Source: a bacterium (GTDB taxonomy: Bacteria; Myxococcota_A; Polyangia; Nannocystales; Nannocystaceae). From it: a stretch of 64,000 bases of DNA. Positions 44,701 to 53,789 of this stretch are shown here, one piece after another. The stretch spans positions 74,529-138,528 of the forward strand of contig JANSYI010000017.1 in the NCBI GenBank assembly GCA_024742475.1, given 5' to 3'. Each line of letters starts with the position of its first letter. Position 1 is the stretch's first letter. Both the position numbers and the translations under genes were made by a program. The notes beneath the pieces are model-generated. The model made no database searches and was not told where the DNA came from. It worked only from the letters and a program-made list of their open reading frames with translations.

Positions 44701-47652
44701 TTGGCGCCTTCGGTGGATCTCCTGCCCGCATACGTCGCTTTGCAACCGTGGGCGGTCGGCCGTCGCGTGTTGGTGATCGCGCCGCGAGATCTCGAGGGCG
44801 CGCGCCTGCTCCGGTCCGCGGGAGCGAGCCACGTTCGCGTGGTCGAGAGCGACGAGGTCCACGAGCCCGGGCTCGACGGCTCCCGGGGATGGCCCGAGCC
44901 GCACGAGCGGTTCGACCTGGTGATCGCGATTGAAGCGTATGCGGAGCGGGCGGCGGATGAGCGCCGTCGTTGGCTGCATCACGCGGCGGCCTCCCTGAAC
45001 GCCGACGGGTGGTTCGTGGCGCGGGCGCCCCACGACGGTCGTGCCGAGGTCGATTTCTGGACCCTCGAGGAGGAGCTCGGCGAGCGCTTTCCGCACGTGT
45101 TCATGCTGGCGCAGCTACCGTGGCAGGGCGTGAGCCTCGCACCCGTGCTCGATGACGACGGGGTCCCGCCGCGGCTCGAACTCGACGAGTCGCTGGTCGG
45201 CGCCGAGCCCGACGCCTCGCACTACGTCGCGCTCGCGACGATGTCCGCTCCGTCGCCGCAAGCCCGCGAGTGGGTGATGGGCCGCTGTCTGCTGGTGCCC
45301 GCCGGCGTGTCGAGCGGCGCGCAGGCGGTGACCGAAGCGCAGCTCGAGCCGGTTCGCGCGGCGCTGGCCGAGGCGACGACGCTCGCGGCCGAGCGAGCCG
45401 ACCGCGTGACTGCGCTCGAAACGGAGCTGAAGCGTCGGTCCGAGCGGGTGGAGTCGTTGGAGCGGCAACACGCCCACGACCGCGTCAGGGCTGCCGAGCA
45501 GGCGTCCGCGACCCGCAAGGTCGAGAGCCTGCAGAAGGAGCTGGATCAGGCCCGCGACTGGGCGCGCAAGGCCAAGACCGACCTCCAGATCCTGACCCGC
45601 CAGGTCAAAGACCTCGAAGCGGCGGTGCAGCGGGCCAACGACTCCAGCGCGTCCCGACAAAGCGAGCTCGATTCACGCCACGACGAGGTCGACGAGCTGC
45701 GGTCACAGGTGAAGTCGCTCGAAGCCGAGCGGGCCAGCGTGACGCGGCAGATGGAGGTCGCGATCGCCGAGCGCGAGGGCACCAGGACGCTCTCTCAGCG
45801 CGTCGAAGCGGAGCTCGAGCTGACGCGGCGACGGCTTGCGCAGCACGAGATGACGCTCAGCCAGCGCGTCGAGGAGGTGGCCCGGCTCACGACCGACCTC
45901 GAGGTCACGCGCGCCGAGCTCGAACACCATCGCTCGCTGCTCGCGCAGGCGCACAGCCGCGAGGAGGCGCTGTCGGCCGAGGCGGCGCAGACGGTCGAAC
46001 AAGGTCGAATGCTGGCCGAGGTCGCGTCCGACCGAGAGCGGCTTCGAGAGGAACTCGGGCGCCGTCGGCAGCAGATTCAAGCGCTCGAAGAGCGACTGTG
46101 GGCGAGCCGCGAGGAGCTCGAGCGGGCGCGTCTGGAGAACGTGCGCACGGCGGGTGAGGCCGAACGTCTCAAGGAGCGGGCCGAGCGAGCGCTGCAGGCC
46201 GAGTCGAACAACGCCAAGGACGTCGAGCGCCTCTCCTCCGAGCTGCACGGCATGGAGCTGCAGCGGGCCGAGCTGCGGGCGACCGTGCGTGCCCACGAAG
46301 AAGAGATCGGCCGGCTGCGAAGCGAGACCGAGTCGCGTTCGACCGACGACGAAGAGATGGCGCGGCTGCGGGCCGAGCTTGCCGAGCGCACCCGGGCCGT
46401 GGCCGAGCTCAAGGCTCGACAGGAGCAGCTGTCGGCGCGCGAGCAAGAGGCCACGGCGTTGGTCCGCCGGAGGGAGCAGCAGCTCTCCGAGGTCGGGGAA
46501 GAGATGGAGCGGCTTCGCAAGGCCGCCGAGCAGAACGCGGCGACGGCGGCCTCGCTCGAGGGCGAGCTCGAGGTGAAGGCGCTCGAGGTCGAGCAGATGG
46601 CGGCTTCGGTCACCGACCTGCAGGCCGAGCTCGAGACGCGTCGGCAGGCCGTGGAGGCATCGCAGGCGCGCGAGCAGGTGCTGCAACGTGACCTCGAACA
46701 TGCGCGGGGCGAAGAGGAATCGCTTCGCCGACGGCTACGCGAGCGCGAGCAGGAGCTCGAGGACATCGCGAACGCGAAGGAGTCGAGCGGAGTCGAGCTC
46801 TACAAGCTGCGGCGCGAGCTCGAGGCTGCGGCCGAGACCAACGAGCAGCTCGAGCAGGCACTCGAGCAGACGTGGCCGTCCGAGGTGCCCGAGATTGCGC
46901 CCAGCGGGGGGCAGGACTGGCCGCCCGAGGCTCTCGACGCGCTCCGCCGGCTCAAGGCGCAGCTGGCCGCGCAGGCGCGCCGGCACAGCGAGCAGCTCGC
47001 GGTTCGTGCGAGCGCAACGACGACGGCCGAAGACCCCCGCGTCGAGCGATACAAGCTCGAAGCGAAGGTCCGGGCGGACGAGCAGGAGCACATGCTCCGC
47101 GAGCTCGACGCGGCCGAGCAGAAGATCTGGGAGATGACCGACGCGGCCGACCGTAACGCCGCGCGGCTCGCAGCCTCGTTGGCCCAGCTCGAGAAGGTCA
47201 AAGAGGAGCTCGACGAGACGCGCGACGAGCTGGAGGTGGCGCGAAAGCTGCTCGAGGCGGCGGAGGCTCGAGCCCTCGAGCAAGAGCGCCTGCTGGCATC
47301 CGAGAGGGCTCGGCTTGCGCGCATCGGAGCAGGGCCAGACCCCGAGTCGGGCTTCGACGAGGTCGACGACCTGTTCGCGGATCTGGCCGGCGAAGGTGGA
47401 ACGATGATGGAGCTCGACGCGGCCGATGCTGGGGCTCCGGTGCGCCGCTTGCGGCCTGAGAGTGGGCCCAAGGTCGCGCCAGGCGTGCCGCAGCCGGTCA
47501 CCGAGACGAACTCGAGCAAGCGCCTCTCTGACGAGGAGGGCCCGCGCACTCCGCGGATGGTGGTCGAGGCCTTGCACGACGAGGGCGACGACGGCGGTGA
47601 CGACGATCCTTGGGAGACGGGCGTCGTGACGGCCTCGCCGAAAAAAGCCTGA
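44701..47652 (+). CDS. Methyltransferase-fold-like N-terminal domain fused to ~750-aa coiled coil
   Basis: The first possible start is TTG 44701, with GTG 44713 as an alternative. The N-terminal ~190 aa resemble a Rossmann/MTase fold with a degenerate motif I (RVLVIAPRDLEG). The rest is a heptad-rich E/R/A/L coiled coil. Confidence 0.65.
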   Translation: MAPSVDLLPAYVALQPWAVGRRVLVIAPRDLEGARLLRSAGASHVRVVESDEVHEPGLDGSRGWPEPHERFDLVIAIEAYAERAADERRRWLHHAAASLNADGWFVARAPHDGRAEVDFWTLEEELGERFPHVFMLAQLPWQGVSLAPVLDDDGVPPRLELDESLVGAEPDASHYVALATMSAPSPQAREWVMGRCLLVPAGVSSGAQAVTEAQLEPVRAALAEATTLAAERADRVTALETELKRRSERVESLERQHAHDRVRAAEQASATRKVESLQKELDQARDWARKAKTDLQILTRQVKDLEAAVQRANDSSASRQSELDSRHDEVDELRSQVKSLEAERASVTRQMEVAIAEREGTRTLSQRVEAELELTRRRLAQHEMTLSQRVEEVARLTTDLEVTRAELEHHRSLLAQAHSREEALSAEAAQTVEQGRMLAEVASDRERLREELGRRRQQIQALEERLWASREELERARLENVRTAGEAERLKERAERALQAESNNAKDVERLSSELHGMELQRAELRATVRAHEEEIGRLRSETESRSTDDEEMARLRAELAERTRAVAELKARQEQLSAREQEATALVRRREQQLSEVGEEMERLRKAAEQNAATAASLEGELEVKALEVEQMAASVTDLQAELETRRQAVEASQAREQVLQRDLEHARGEEESLRRRLREREQELEDIANAKESSGVELYKLRRELEAAAETNEQLEQALEQTWPSEVPEIAPSGGQDWPPEALDALRRLKAQLAAQARRHSEQLAVRASATTTAEDPRVERYKLEAKVRADEQEHMLRELDAAEQKIWEMTDAADRNAARLAASLAQLEKVKEELDETRDELEVARKLLEAAEARALEQERLLASERARLARIGAGPDPESGFDEVDDLFADLAGEGGTMMELDAADAGAPVRRLRPESGPKVAPGVPQPVTETNSSKRLSDEEGPRTPRMVVEALHDEGDDGGDDDPWETGVVTASPKKA

Positions 47653-47711
47653 CCGGGTCGCACAAAGACTTGACGCTCTGCCGGGGAGCCTCTACTTTTC
47701 GCGTCCCCACC

Positions 47712-47793
<82 letters not shown>

Positions 47794-47800
47794 CTCAAAA

Positions 47801-47830
47801 ACCCGAGTCCGAAAGGACTCGGGTTTTTTT
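47801..47830 (+). terminator. Rho-independent terminator after tRNA-Leu
   Basis: ACCCGAGTCC-gaaa-GGACTCGGGT is a 10-bp perfect stem, followed by a run of 7 T. Confidence 0.85.
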
Positions 47831-47837
47831 CCTTTTA

Positions 47838-48040
47838 GGGGGAACCTCTCGGTTCCCGACGCTGCGGGGGCATAGCCCCCTTCGCGCCTCCCTCCAAGGT
47901 CGGGCGCGGAGCGCCCTCGCTCGCTCGCCTTCGGCTCGCTCCTTCGCGTTCGCTTCGGCGGTGGTGGGGCGGAGGGCAGCTCGCTCCTTCGCGTTCGCTT
48001 CGGCGCAGGCGGATGCGAACCCGCAGTCGTTGGGGTAAAA
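47838..48040. repeat. Second locus of the GGGGAACC-hairpin repeat family, with an internal ~40-bp direct repeat
   Basis: gggggaacctctcggttcccgacgctgcgggggcatagcccccttcgcgcctccctccaaggtcgggcgcggagcgccctcgctcgctcgcc shares blocks with 23950-24030. The sequence gctcgctccttcgcgttcgcttcggcg then occurs twice. Confidence 0.85.
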
Positions 48041-48047
48041 GCCGGGG

Positions 48048-49679
48048 ATGACCGGCGAACGCCGAGCGCGAGATCCGTACCTCAACCATTGGGCCGACCA
48101 CGCCGCCGACAAGACGCTGCGTGCTCACCCGGATGTGAAACGCATCGTGGTTGCGGCCGGCATCACGCCCTCGGGGGTCGTGCACATCGGCAACTTCCGC
48201 GAGGTGATCACGGTCGACCTGGTCGCCAGAGCGCTTCGCGCCCGCGGCGTCGAGGTCCGGTTCATCTACTCCTGGGACGATTTCGACGTCTTCCGCAAGG
48301 TCCCCAAGGACGCCCCACAGCAGGAGATGCTGCAAGGAGAGCTGGGCAAGAGCATCGCCGACGTGCCCGACCCGTGGGGCACGCACGAGAGCTACGCCGC
48401 CCACAACATCGCCCGCTTCGAGGAGAGCATCGCGCCGCTGGGCATCGAGCCGGAGTTCATCCGGCAGCACCGCATGTATCGCGCCGGCAAGTACGCCGCG
48501 GGCATTCGCTCGGCGCTGCAAAACGCCGCCGTGATCCGTGACCTGCTCAACGCTGCGCGTGAGGCCACCGGCGCGCGTACCCGCATCGCGGACGACTGGC
48601 TCCCGCTGGCCGGCTTCTGCACGCGCTGCGGCAAGGACGACCTGAGCTTCGACTACGACGGCGAGTGGACCGTGCAGGTGCACTGCAACGGGTGCGGCCA
48701 CGACGAGGCCGTCGACTTCGAGAACGGCAGCGACCTCAAGCTCCCCTGGCGCGTCGACTGGCCGATGCGCTGGGGCTACGAGAAGGTCTGCTTCGAGCCC
48801 GGCGGCAAGGACCACAGCTCGGCCGGCGGCAGCTATGACACGGCGAAGGGGATCGTCCGCGACATCTACGGCTGGGTCGCGCCCGAGTACGTCGGCTACG
48901 ACTTCGTCTCGGCCAAGGGCCAAGGCGGCAAGCTCAGCTCCTCCAAGGGCGGCGTGGTCGACGTGACCACCTGTCTCGAGGTCTACGAGCCCGAGGTGCT
49001 GCGGTGGCTTTTCGCGGGCTACCGGCCCAACACCGAGTTCGCAATCTCCTTCGACCTCGACGTCATCAAGCTCTACGAGGACTACGACCGCACCGTGCGG
49101 CTCGCCCACGAGGCCGAAGACGGGGGCAAGAAGGACAAGAAGCGGCAGACGGCCAGGCGCACGCTCGAGCTCGCCTCGGTGCCCGAGCGAACCATCGAGC
49201 CCGGTAGCACGCCGCCCACCCTCATCGCGTTCCGCCACCTGAGCACCGTCCTGCAGACCTTCGACGGCGACATCGCGGCCACGGGCGATTACTTCGTAGC
49301 AACGGGCGAGCTCCCCGAGGCCGACCGCGCCCGGTTCGAGCAGCGCGCCCGCTGCGTGTGGAACTGGGTCGAGCAGTACGCGCCCGAGGACTTCCGCTAC
49401 CGCATTCGCACCGAGCCGGTGACCCGCGACATCCCCGAGGACCAGCGCGAACCCCTGCGACGCCTCGTGGAAATTCTGCGGGCCGACGCCAACCCCACCG
49501 AGACCGACCTCGGCGGCAAGATGAGCGAGATGTCCAAGAGCGGCGTCGACATGAAGGCGTTCTTTCCGGTCGTCTACGACCTGCTGCTCGGCCGTGACCG
49601 CGGCCCGAAGATGAGCACCCTGCTCGCCATCATGACGCCGGCCAAGGCGCTCCCGCTGCTCGAGCCTTCGCTGGGCTGA
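48048..49679 (+). CDS. lysK: Lysine--tRNA ligase, class I type
   Basis: AAGITPSGVVHIGNFRE (HIGH-type motif), KLSSSKG (KMSKS-type motif), and WRVDWPMRW, EPGGKDH as in class I LysRS. A CxxC...CxxC insertion is present (CTRCG...CNGCG). Confidence 0.8.
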   Translation: MTGERRARDPYLNHWADHAADKTLRAHPDVKRIVVAAGITPSGVVHIGNFREVITVDLVARALRARGVEVRFIYSWDDFDVFRKVPKDAPQQEMLQGELGKSIADVPDPWGTHESYAAHNIARFEESIAPLGIEPEFIRQHRMYRAGKYAAGIRSALQNAAVIRDLLNAAREATGARTRIADDWLPLAGFCTRCGKDDLSFDYDGEWTVQVHCNGCGHDEAVDFENGSDLKLPWRVDWPMRWGYEKVCFEPGGKDHSSAGGSYDTAKGIVRDIYGWVAPEYVGYDFVSAKGQGGKLSSSKGGVVDVTTCLEVYEPEVLRWLFAGYRPNTEFAISFDLDVIKLYEDYDRTVRLAHEAEDGGKKDKKRQTARRTLELASVPERTIEPGSTPPTLIAFRHLSTVLQTFDGDIAATGDYFVATGELPEADRARFEQRARCVWNWVEQYAPEDFRYRIRTEPVTRDIPEDQREPLRRLVEILRADANPTETDLGGKMSEMSKSGVDMKAFFPVVYDLLLGRDRGPKMSTLLAIMTPAKALPLLEPSLG

Positions 49680-49797
49680 CGCGCCCCCCGCCCTGGGGAG
49701 GTGGCCCATTTTGGGCGCCGCTGCGGGTGGATTCGGCCTCGCCGCCGTCCCATGAGGGCATTGGGCGGCCCATCGCCGCGTCACCCAGGAGAGCTCC

Positions 49798-51021
49798 GTG
49801 CAAGCAGCCGTGGACCTGAACAAGCTCGCGATCGACGGTGGTGCCCCCGTGCGCACCGTCGCCTGGCCTGCGTGGCCGACCTTTCCCGCCGATGAAGTGA
49901 CGGCCGTGACCGAGGTGCTGGCCTCGGGCAAGGTGAACTACTGGACCGGCGAGGTGGGGCGCGCCTTCGAGCGGGAGTTCGCCGCGTTCGTGGGTGTGCC
50001 GCACGCCATCGCGTGCAGCAACGGCACGGTCGCGCTCGAGCTTTGTCTGCACGGCGTCGGCCTTCGCCCCGGCGACGCGGTCGTGGTGCCCTCGCGCACC
50101 TTCGTGGCGACCGCGCACGCCGTCGCGCTGTGTGGCGGGCGTCCTCAATTCGCCGACGTCGACGCGCAGTCGGGCAACCTGACCGCCGAGACGATCGAAG
50201 CCGCCGCGGACGAGCACACGCGCGCGGTCATCGTCGTGCACATGGGCGGATGGCCCGCCGACATGCGGGAGATTCGCGAGCTGTGCGACCGCAGGGGGTG
50301 GTCCCTCATCGAGGACTGTGCCCAAGCCCACGACGCTCGCATCGAGGGATGGTCGGTCGGGTCGTTCGGCGACGCGGCGGCCTTCTCGTTCTGCCAAGAC
50401 AAGATCATGACCACCGGCGGTGAGGGCGGAATGGTCACGACCACGCGGCGGGACGTCTGGTCGCGCATGTGGAGCCGCAAGGACCACGGCAAGAGCTGGG
50501 ACGCCGTCTACGGCCGCGAACATCCGCCGGGCTTTCGCTGGCTGCACGAATCCGTCGGCACCAACGGCCGGATGACGGAGATGCAGTCGGCGATCGGCCG
50601 CGTGCAGCTGGGCAAGCTCCGGTCCTGGGTGGACACGCGTCGCGACAACGCATCCGCGCTGATCGAACGCCTGCAGGGTCACGAAGCACTGCACGTCCCG
50701 ACGCCCGGCCCAGACACCCGACACGCCTACTACCGCCTCTACGCCTACGTCCGTGCCGACGCGCTGCGTCCGGGTTGGGACCGCGATCGCATCATGGCGG
50801 CGGTCAGCACCGAGGGCGTGCCGTGCCAGAGCGGCAGCTGCTCGGAGATCTATCGAGAGAAGGCCTTTCCCGACGCGTGGCGGCCCCGGGCCCCGCTGCC
50901 GGTGACCACGGCCATCGGCGCGGCGTCGCTGTGTTTCAAGGTGCACCACACCTGCGACGCCTCCGACATGGACGACGTCGCCGAAGCCGTCGACAAGGTC
51001 ATGCGGCAAGCGAGTCGCTAG
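49798..51021 (+). CDS. DegT/DnrJ/EryC1/StrS-family PLP-dependent sugar aminotransferase
   Basis: FEREFAAFVGVPHAIACSNGTVALELCL, VPSRTF.AT, and the FSFCQDKIMTTGGEGGMV motif (Lys-containing). GTG start at 49798. Confidence 0.8.
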   Translation: MQAAVDLNKLAIDGGAPVRTVAWPAWPTFPADEVTAVTEVLASGKVNYWTGEVGRAFEREFAAFVGVPHAIACSNGTVALELCLHGVGLRPGDAVVVPSRTFVATAHAVALCGGRPQFADVDAQSGNLTAETIEAAADEHTRAVIVVHMGGWPADMREIRELCDRRGWSLIEDCAQAHDARIEGWSVGSFGDAAAFSFCQDKIMTTGGEGGMVTTTRRDVWSRMWSRKDHGKSWDAVYGREHPPGFRWLHESVGTNGRMTEMQSAIGRVQLGKLRSWVDTRRDNASALIERLQGHEALHVPTPGPDTRHAYYRLYAYVRADALRPGWDRDRIMAAVSTEGVPCQSGSCSEIYREKAFPDAWRPRAPLPVTTAIGAASLCFKVHHTCDASDMDDVAEAVDKVMRQASR

Positions 51022-51024
51022 CGC

Positions 51025-52494
51025 CTACACACCGAGCACGTGGTCGTCGGCGCGATAGCGCTTGGCCATCGCGCGATACATGAAGCTGAAGCCGGGAAAC
51101 ATCGCGACCACGTGGCCGTGCTTGCCGTGGTACCAGCTGCGGCACCCGCCCTGCTTCCACACGGTCTTGTCCATCTCGCGGTGGATCATGCGGGTGTATT
51201 CGGCCTCCGCCTCCTCGCGCACCTCGATCGTGCCCTGCCCTGAGCGCTCGAGTTCCTCGAGGCAGCGCAGCACGTACTCGAGCTGCGCTTCGATGATGAA
51301 GAGCGCCGAGGTGTGGCCAATGCCCGTATTGGGCCCGGTGAGAATGAAGAAGTTCGGAAAGCCGGGGACTGCGGTACCGAGGTAGGCCCGTGGGAACGCC
51401 TCCCAGAATCCGGCGAGCGTCACACCGCCCCGCCCGACTACGGGATACGAAATCACCCCGTCGGTCGCATCGAACCCCGTGGCCCACACGATGGCGTCGA
51501 GTTCGATCCTCGTGCCCGTCTTGGTGACGACCCCCTCGGGCACGACCCGCTCGATTGCATCGGCGGCGTCATGCAGCGTCACGTTCGGCCTGCCTAGCGC
51601 CGGATACAAGGTGTCCGAGAGGATGATGCGTTTGCATCCGATCGTGTAATCGGGGGTCAGCGTGCGCCGAAGGCCTTCGTCGGAGACCTGTGCCTGCAGA
51701 TGCGCGAGCGCCTTGCGCTGTGCGAGGTGCTCGAGGGCGAACGGCGAGTACTTGAAGCCGACGACACGCGATTCGAGCATCCAGTAGATGCCCCAGCGCA
51801 GCGCCCGTTGAACCGGCCGCATCGAGAGGAGCCTTCGCTGCAGCGCCGAGAACTCGCGGTCCGGCCGAGGCAAGACCCAATGCGGAGTCCGCTGAAACAC
51901 GTGCAGCGCGCTGACCTGGTCGGCAACGGCGGGGATCACCTGAGCCGCGCTCGCGCCACTGCCCACCACCGCGACCCGCTTGCCCGAGACGTCGAAGTCG
52001 GGGTCCCACGCGTTGGTATGAAACGAGGCTCCTTCGAACGTGTCCTTGCCCGGCACGTCGGGCACGACCGGCGTGCTCAGTGGCCCCGACGCGTTGATGA
52101 CGACCGTTGCCACGAAGGTGCCCTTGGCCTCGGTCTCGATGATCCATCGACGGCGCGTCTCGTCCCACACCACCGCCTCGACATTCGCCCCGAGCACCGT
52201 CTTGTCTCTGAGGCGATGCTTGTCGATCACCGCGTGGGTGTACGCTTCGAGTTCATCGCGCTCCGCGAACATGCGCGACCAATCCCAGGGCTCGGACGAG
52301 AGCGAGTACAGCGGGGAGTGCACGTCGACGGCCGCTCCGGGGTATCGGTTCTGGCACCACGTCCCGCCCATGAACGATCGCCGCTCGAGAATGCAGAAGT
52401 CGGAGATCCCCTGCGCCTGCAGCCGAATCGCGGTGCACAACCCTCCAAACCCGCTGCCGATGATCACGACGCGACGCGTTCGCTCGGCCTTCAT
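51025..52494 (-). CDS. Type I Baeyer-Villiger / class B flavoprotein monooxygenase
   Basis: Two Rossmann motifs (GSGFGG and GSGASA) and the BVMO fingerprint FEGASFHTNAWD (FxGxxxHxxxW[P/D]). Confidence 0.8.
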   Translation of the reverse strand: MKAERTRRVVIIGSGFGGLCTAIRLQAQGISDFCILERRSFMGGTWCQNRYPGAAVDVHSPLYSLSSEPWDWSRMFAERDELEAYTHAVIDKHRLRDKTVLGANVEAVVWDETRRRWIIETEAKGTFVATVVINASGPLSTPVVPDVPGKDTFEGASFHTNAWDPDFDVSGKRVAVVGSGASAAQVIPAVADQVSALHVFQRTPHWVLPRPDREFSALQRRLLSMRPVQRALRWGIYWMLESRVVGFKYSPFALEHLAQRKALAHLQAQVSDEGLRRTLTPDYTIGCKRIILSDTLYPALGRPNVTLHDAADAIERVVPEGVVTKTGTRIELDAIVWATGFDATDGVISYPVVGRGGVTLAGFWEAFPRAYLGTAVPGFPNFFILTGPNTGIGHTSALFIIEAQLEYVLRCLEELERSGQGTIEVREEAEAEYTRMIHREMDKTVWKQGGCRSWYHGKHGHVVAMFPGFSFMYRAMAKRYRADDHVLGV

Positions 52495-52545
52495 CCGCGA
52501 TCGCCCATCGCCGAGAGTATATTCGACGATGGGCTGGGGGCGCCG

Positions 52546-53784
52546 CTATGCCGCAGCGTGCGTCTGCACGGCCCGGGTCAGCACCTGCTCCAGGCTCGTC
52601 GTCAGGTTCTCTCGGTCGAAGTGCTCGGCCGCCAGCCGTGCGGCGCCCTGACGCATCTTCGCCAGGCCCTCGGCGTCTCGCAGCGCCGCGGAGAGCCGAT
52701 GCGCCGACTCGGCCGGTCGAGCGCACCGCATGACGATCCCGGCCTCGTACTCGCGGACGAGATCCGCCTGCCAGCCGTCGTAGTTCAGCGCCACGGGCAC
52801 CCCGTTGGCGAGCGCGTCGAAGAACTTGTTGGCGCTGTTGTCCTCGAGCTCGGGCAGCGGAGCCATGGTCGAGACGGCCATCTGCGCGCTGCGCAACAGC
52901 GTCGGGACCTCGGCTTTGGGCACTGGCCCGCGCACGTAGAGGTTGCGGTCGAGCACCCCGGCCTCCTGCGCGCGGCGGTGCACCTCTTGCGCGAGCTCGC
53001 CCTTGCCGACGAGGCCAAATCGCACGTCGGGGTCGACGCTGTGCATCTTCACTGCGACGTCGACGAGCCACCCTGGATCGTGCGAACGCCCCATCGAACC
53101 GGCGTAGACGACCAGCGGCTGGTCGGGACGGACGTCGGGGAAGAGCGACGCTCGGTACCGGGCGATCTCGTCTCGGGAGACCTCGCCGAGGTCGACGTCA
53201 CATCCGTTGGGGATCACGGTGACGCGCCCGCGCGAGATGCCCCGCGCCTCGACCCCGCGAGCCATGCCCGGCGAGAGCGCCACGACCTGCTCACTGCCGT
53301 GGTAGGCGACCCACTCGAGGGTGCGGGCAGCCGCCTTGGCGATCGGATGCTTGATCGCGCCCATCGCAATCGGCAGCTCGGGCCAGAGGTCACGCACTTC
53401 GAAAACCAACGGAGCCCCCGTCTTCATCCGCGCAAACAAGCCCGGCAGTGCGATCGTCAGGGGCGTCGACGTGGCGAAGACGACGTCGGCCTGGTGGCGC
53501 AGCGACTCCTTGGCCGCCGCCGCAGCGAACGCAAAGAAAGCCGCAGTCCGACGCGCATACGACATGCTTTGCGTATAGGCGACGGGCAACACGACGAGCT
53601 TGAACCCGTCGAGCTCAGTCTCGAGCCGCTGCGTCATGCCCTCGTACTCGGGCATGAAGGCGTTGGACGTGACCAACGTGACCTCGTGCCCGCGGCGAAC
53701 GAGACGGCGTGCAAGCTCGTAGGAACGGGTGCCACCGGCGCCCGCGGGGGAGATGAAGTACTGGTGAAAGTAGAGGATCTTCAT
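52546..53784 (-). CDS. GT4-family glycosyltransferase, WbuB-like
   Basis: The N-terminus MKILYFHQYFISPAGAGGTRSYELARRLVRRGHEVTLVT is typical of WbuB-type GT4 enzymes. ATG at 53784. Confidence 0.8.
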   Translation of the reverse strand: MKILYFHQYFISPAGAGGTRSYELARRLVRRGHEVTLVTSNAFMPEYEGMTQRLETELDGFKLVVLPVAYTQSMSYARRTAAFFAFAAAAAKESLRHQADVVFATSTPLTIALPGLFARMKTGAPLVFEVRDLWPELPIAMGAIKHPIAKAAARTLEWVAYHGSEQVVALSPGMARGVEARGISRGRVTVIPNGCDVDLGEVSRDEIARYRASLFPDVRPDQPLVVYAGSMGRSHDPGWLVDVAVKMHSVDPDVRFGLVGKGELAQEVHRRAQEAGVLDRNLYVRGPVPKAEVPTLLRSAQMAVSTMAPLPELEDNSANKFFDALANGVPVALNYDGWQADLVREYEAGIVMRCARPAESAHRLSAALRDAEGLAKMRQGAARLAAEHFDRENLTTSLEQVLTRAVQTHAAA

Positions 53785-53789
53785 GGCGA

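Noticed and set aside
47835-52494. Long ORFs antisense to lysK, the aminotransferase and the GT/BVMO genes (47835-49931 minus, 49630-51009 minus, 51700-53868 plus)
   Set aside because: Each mirrors a gene with strong family motifs on the other strand. The shadow translations have no motifs and are rich in Arg, Gly and Val.
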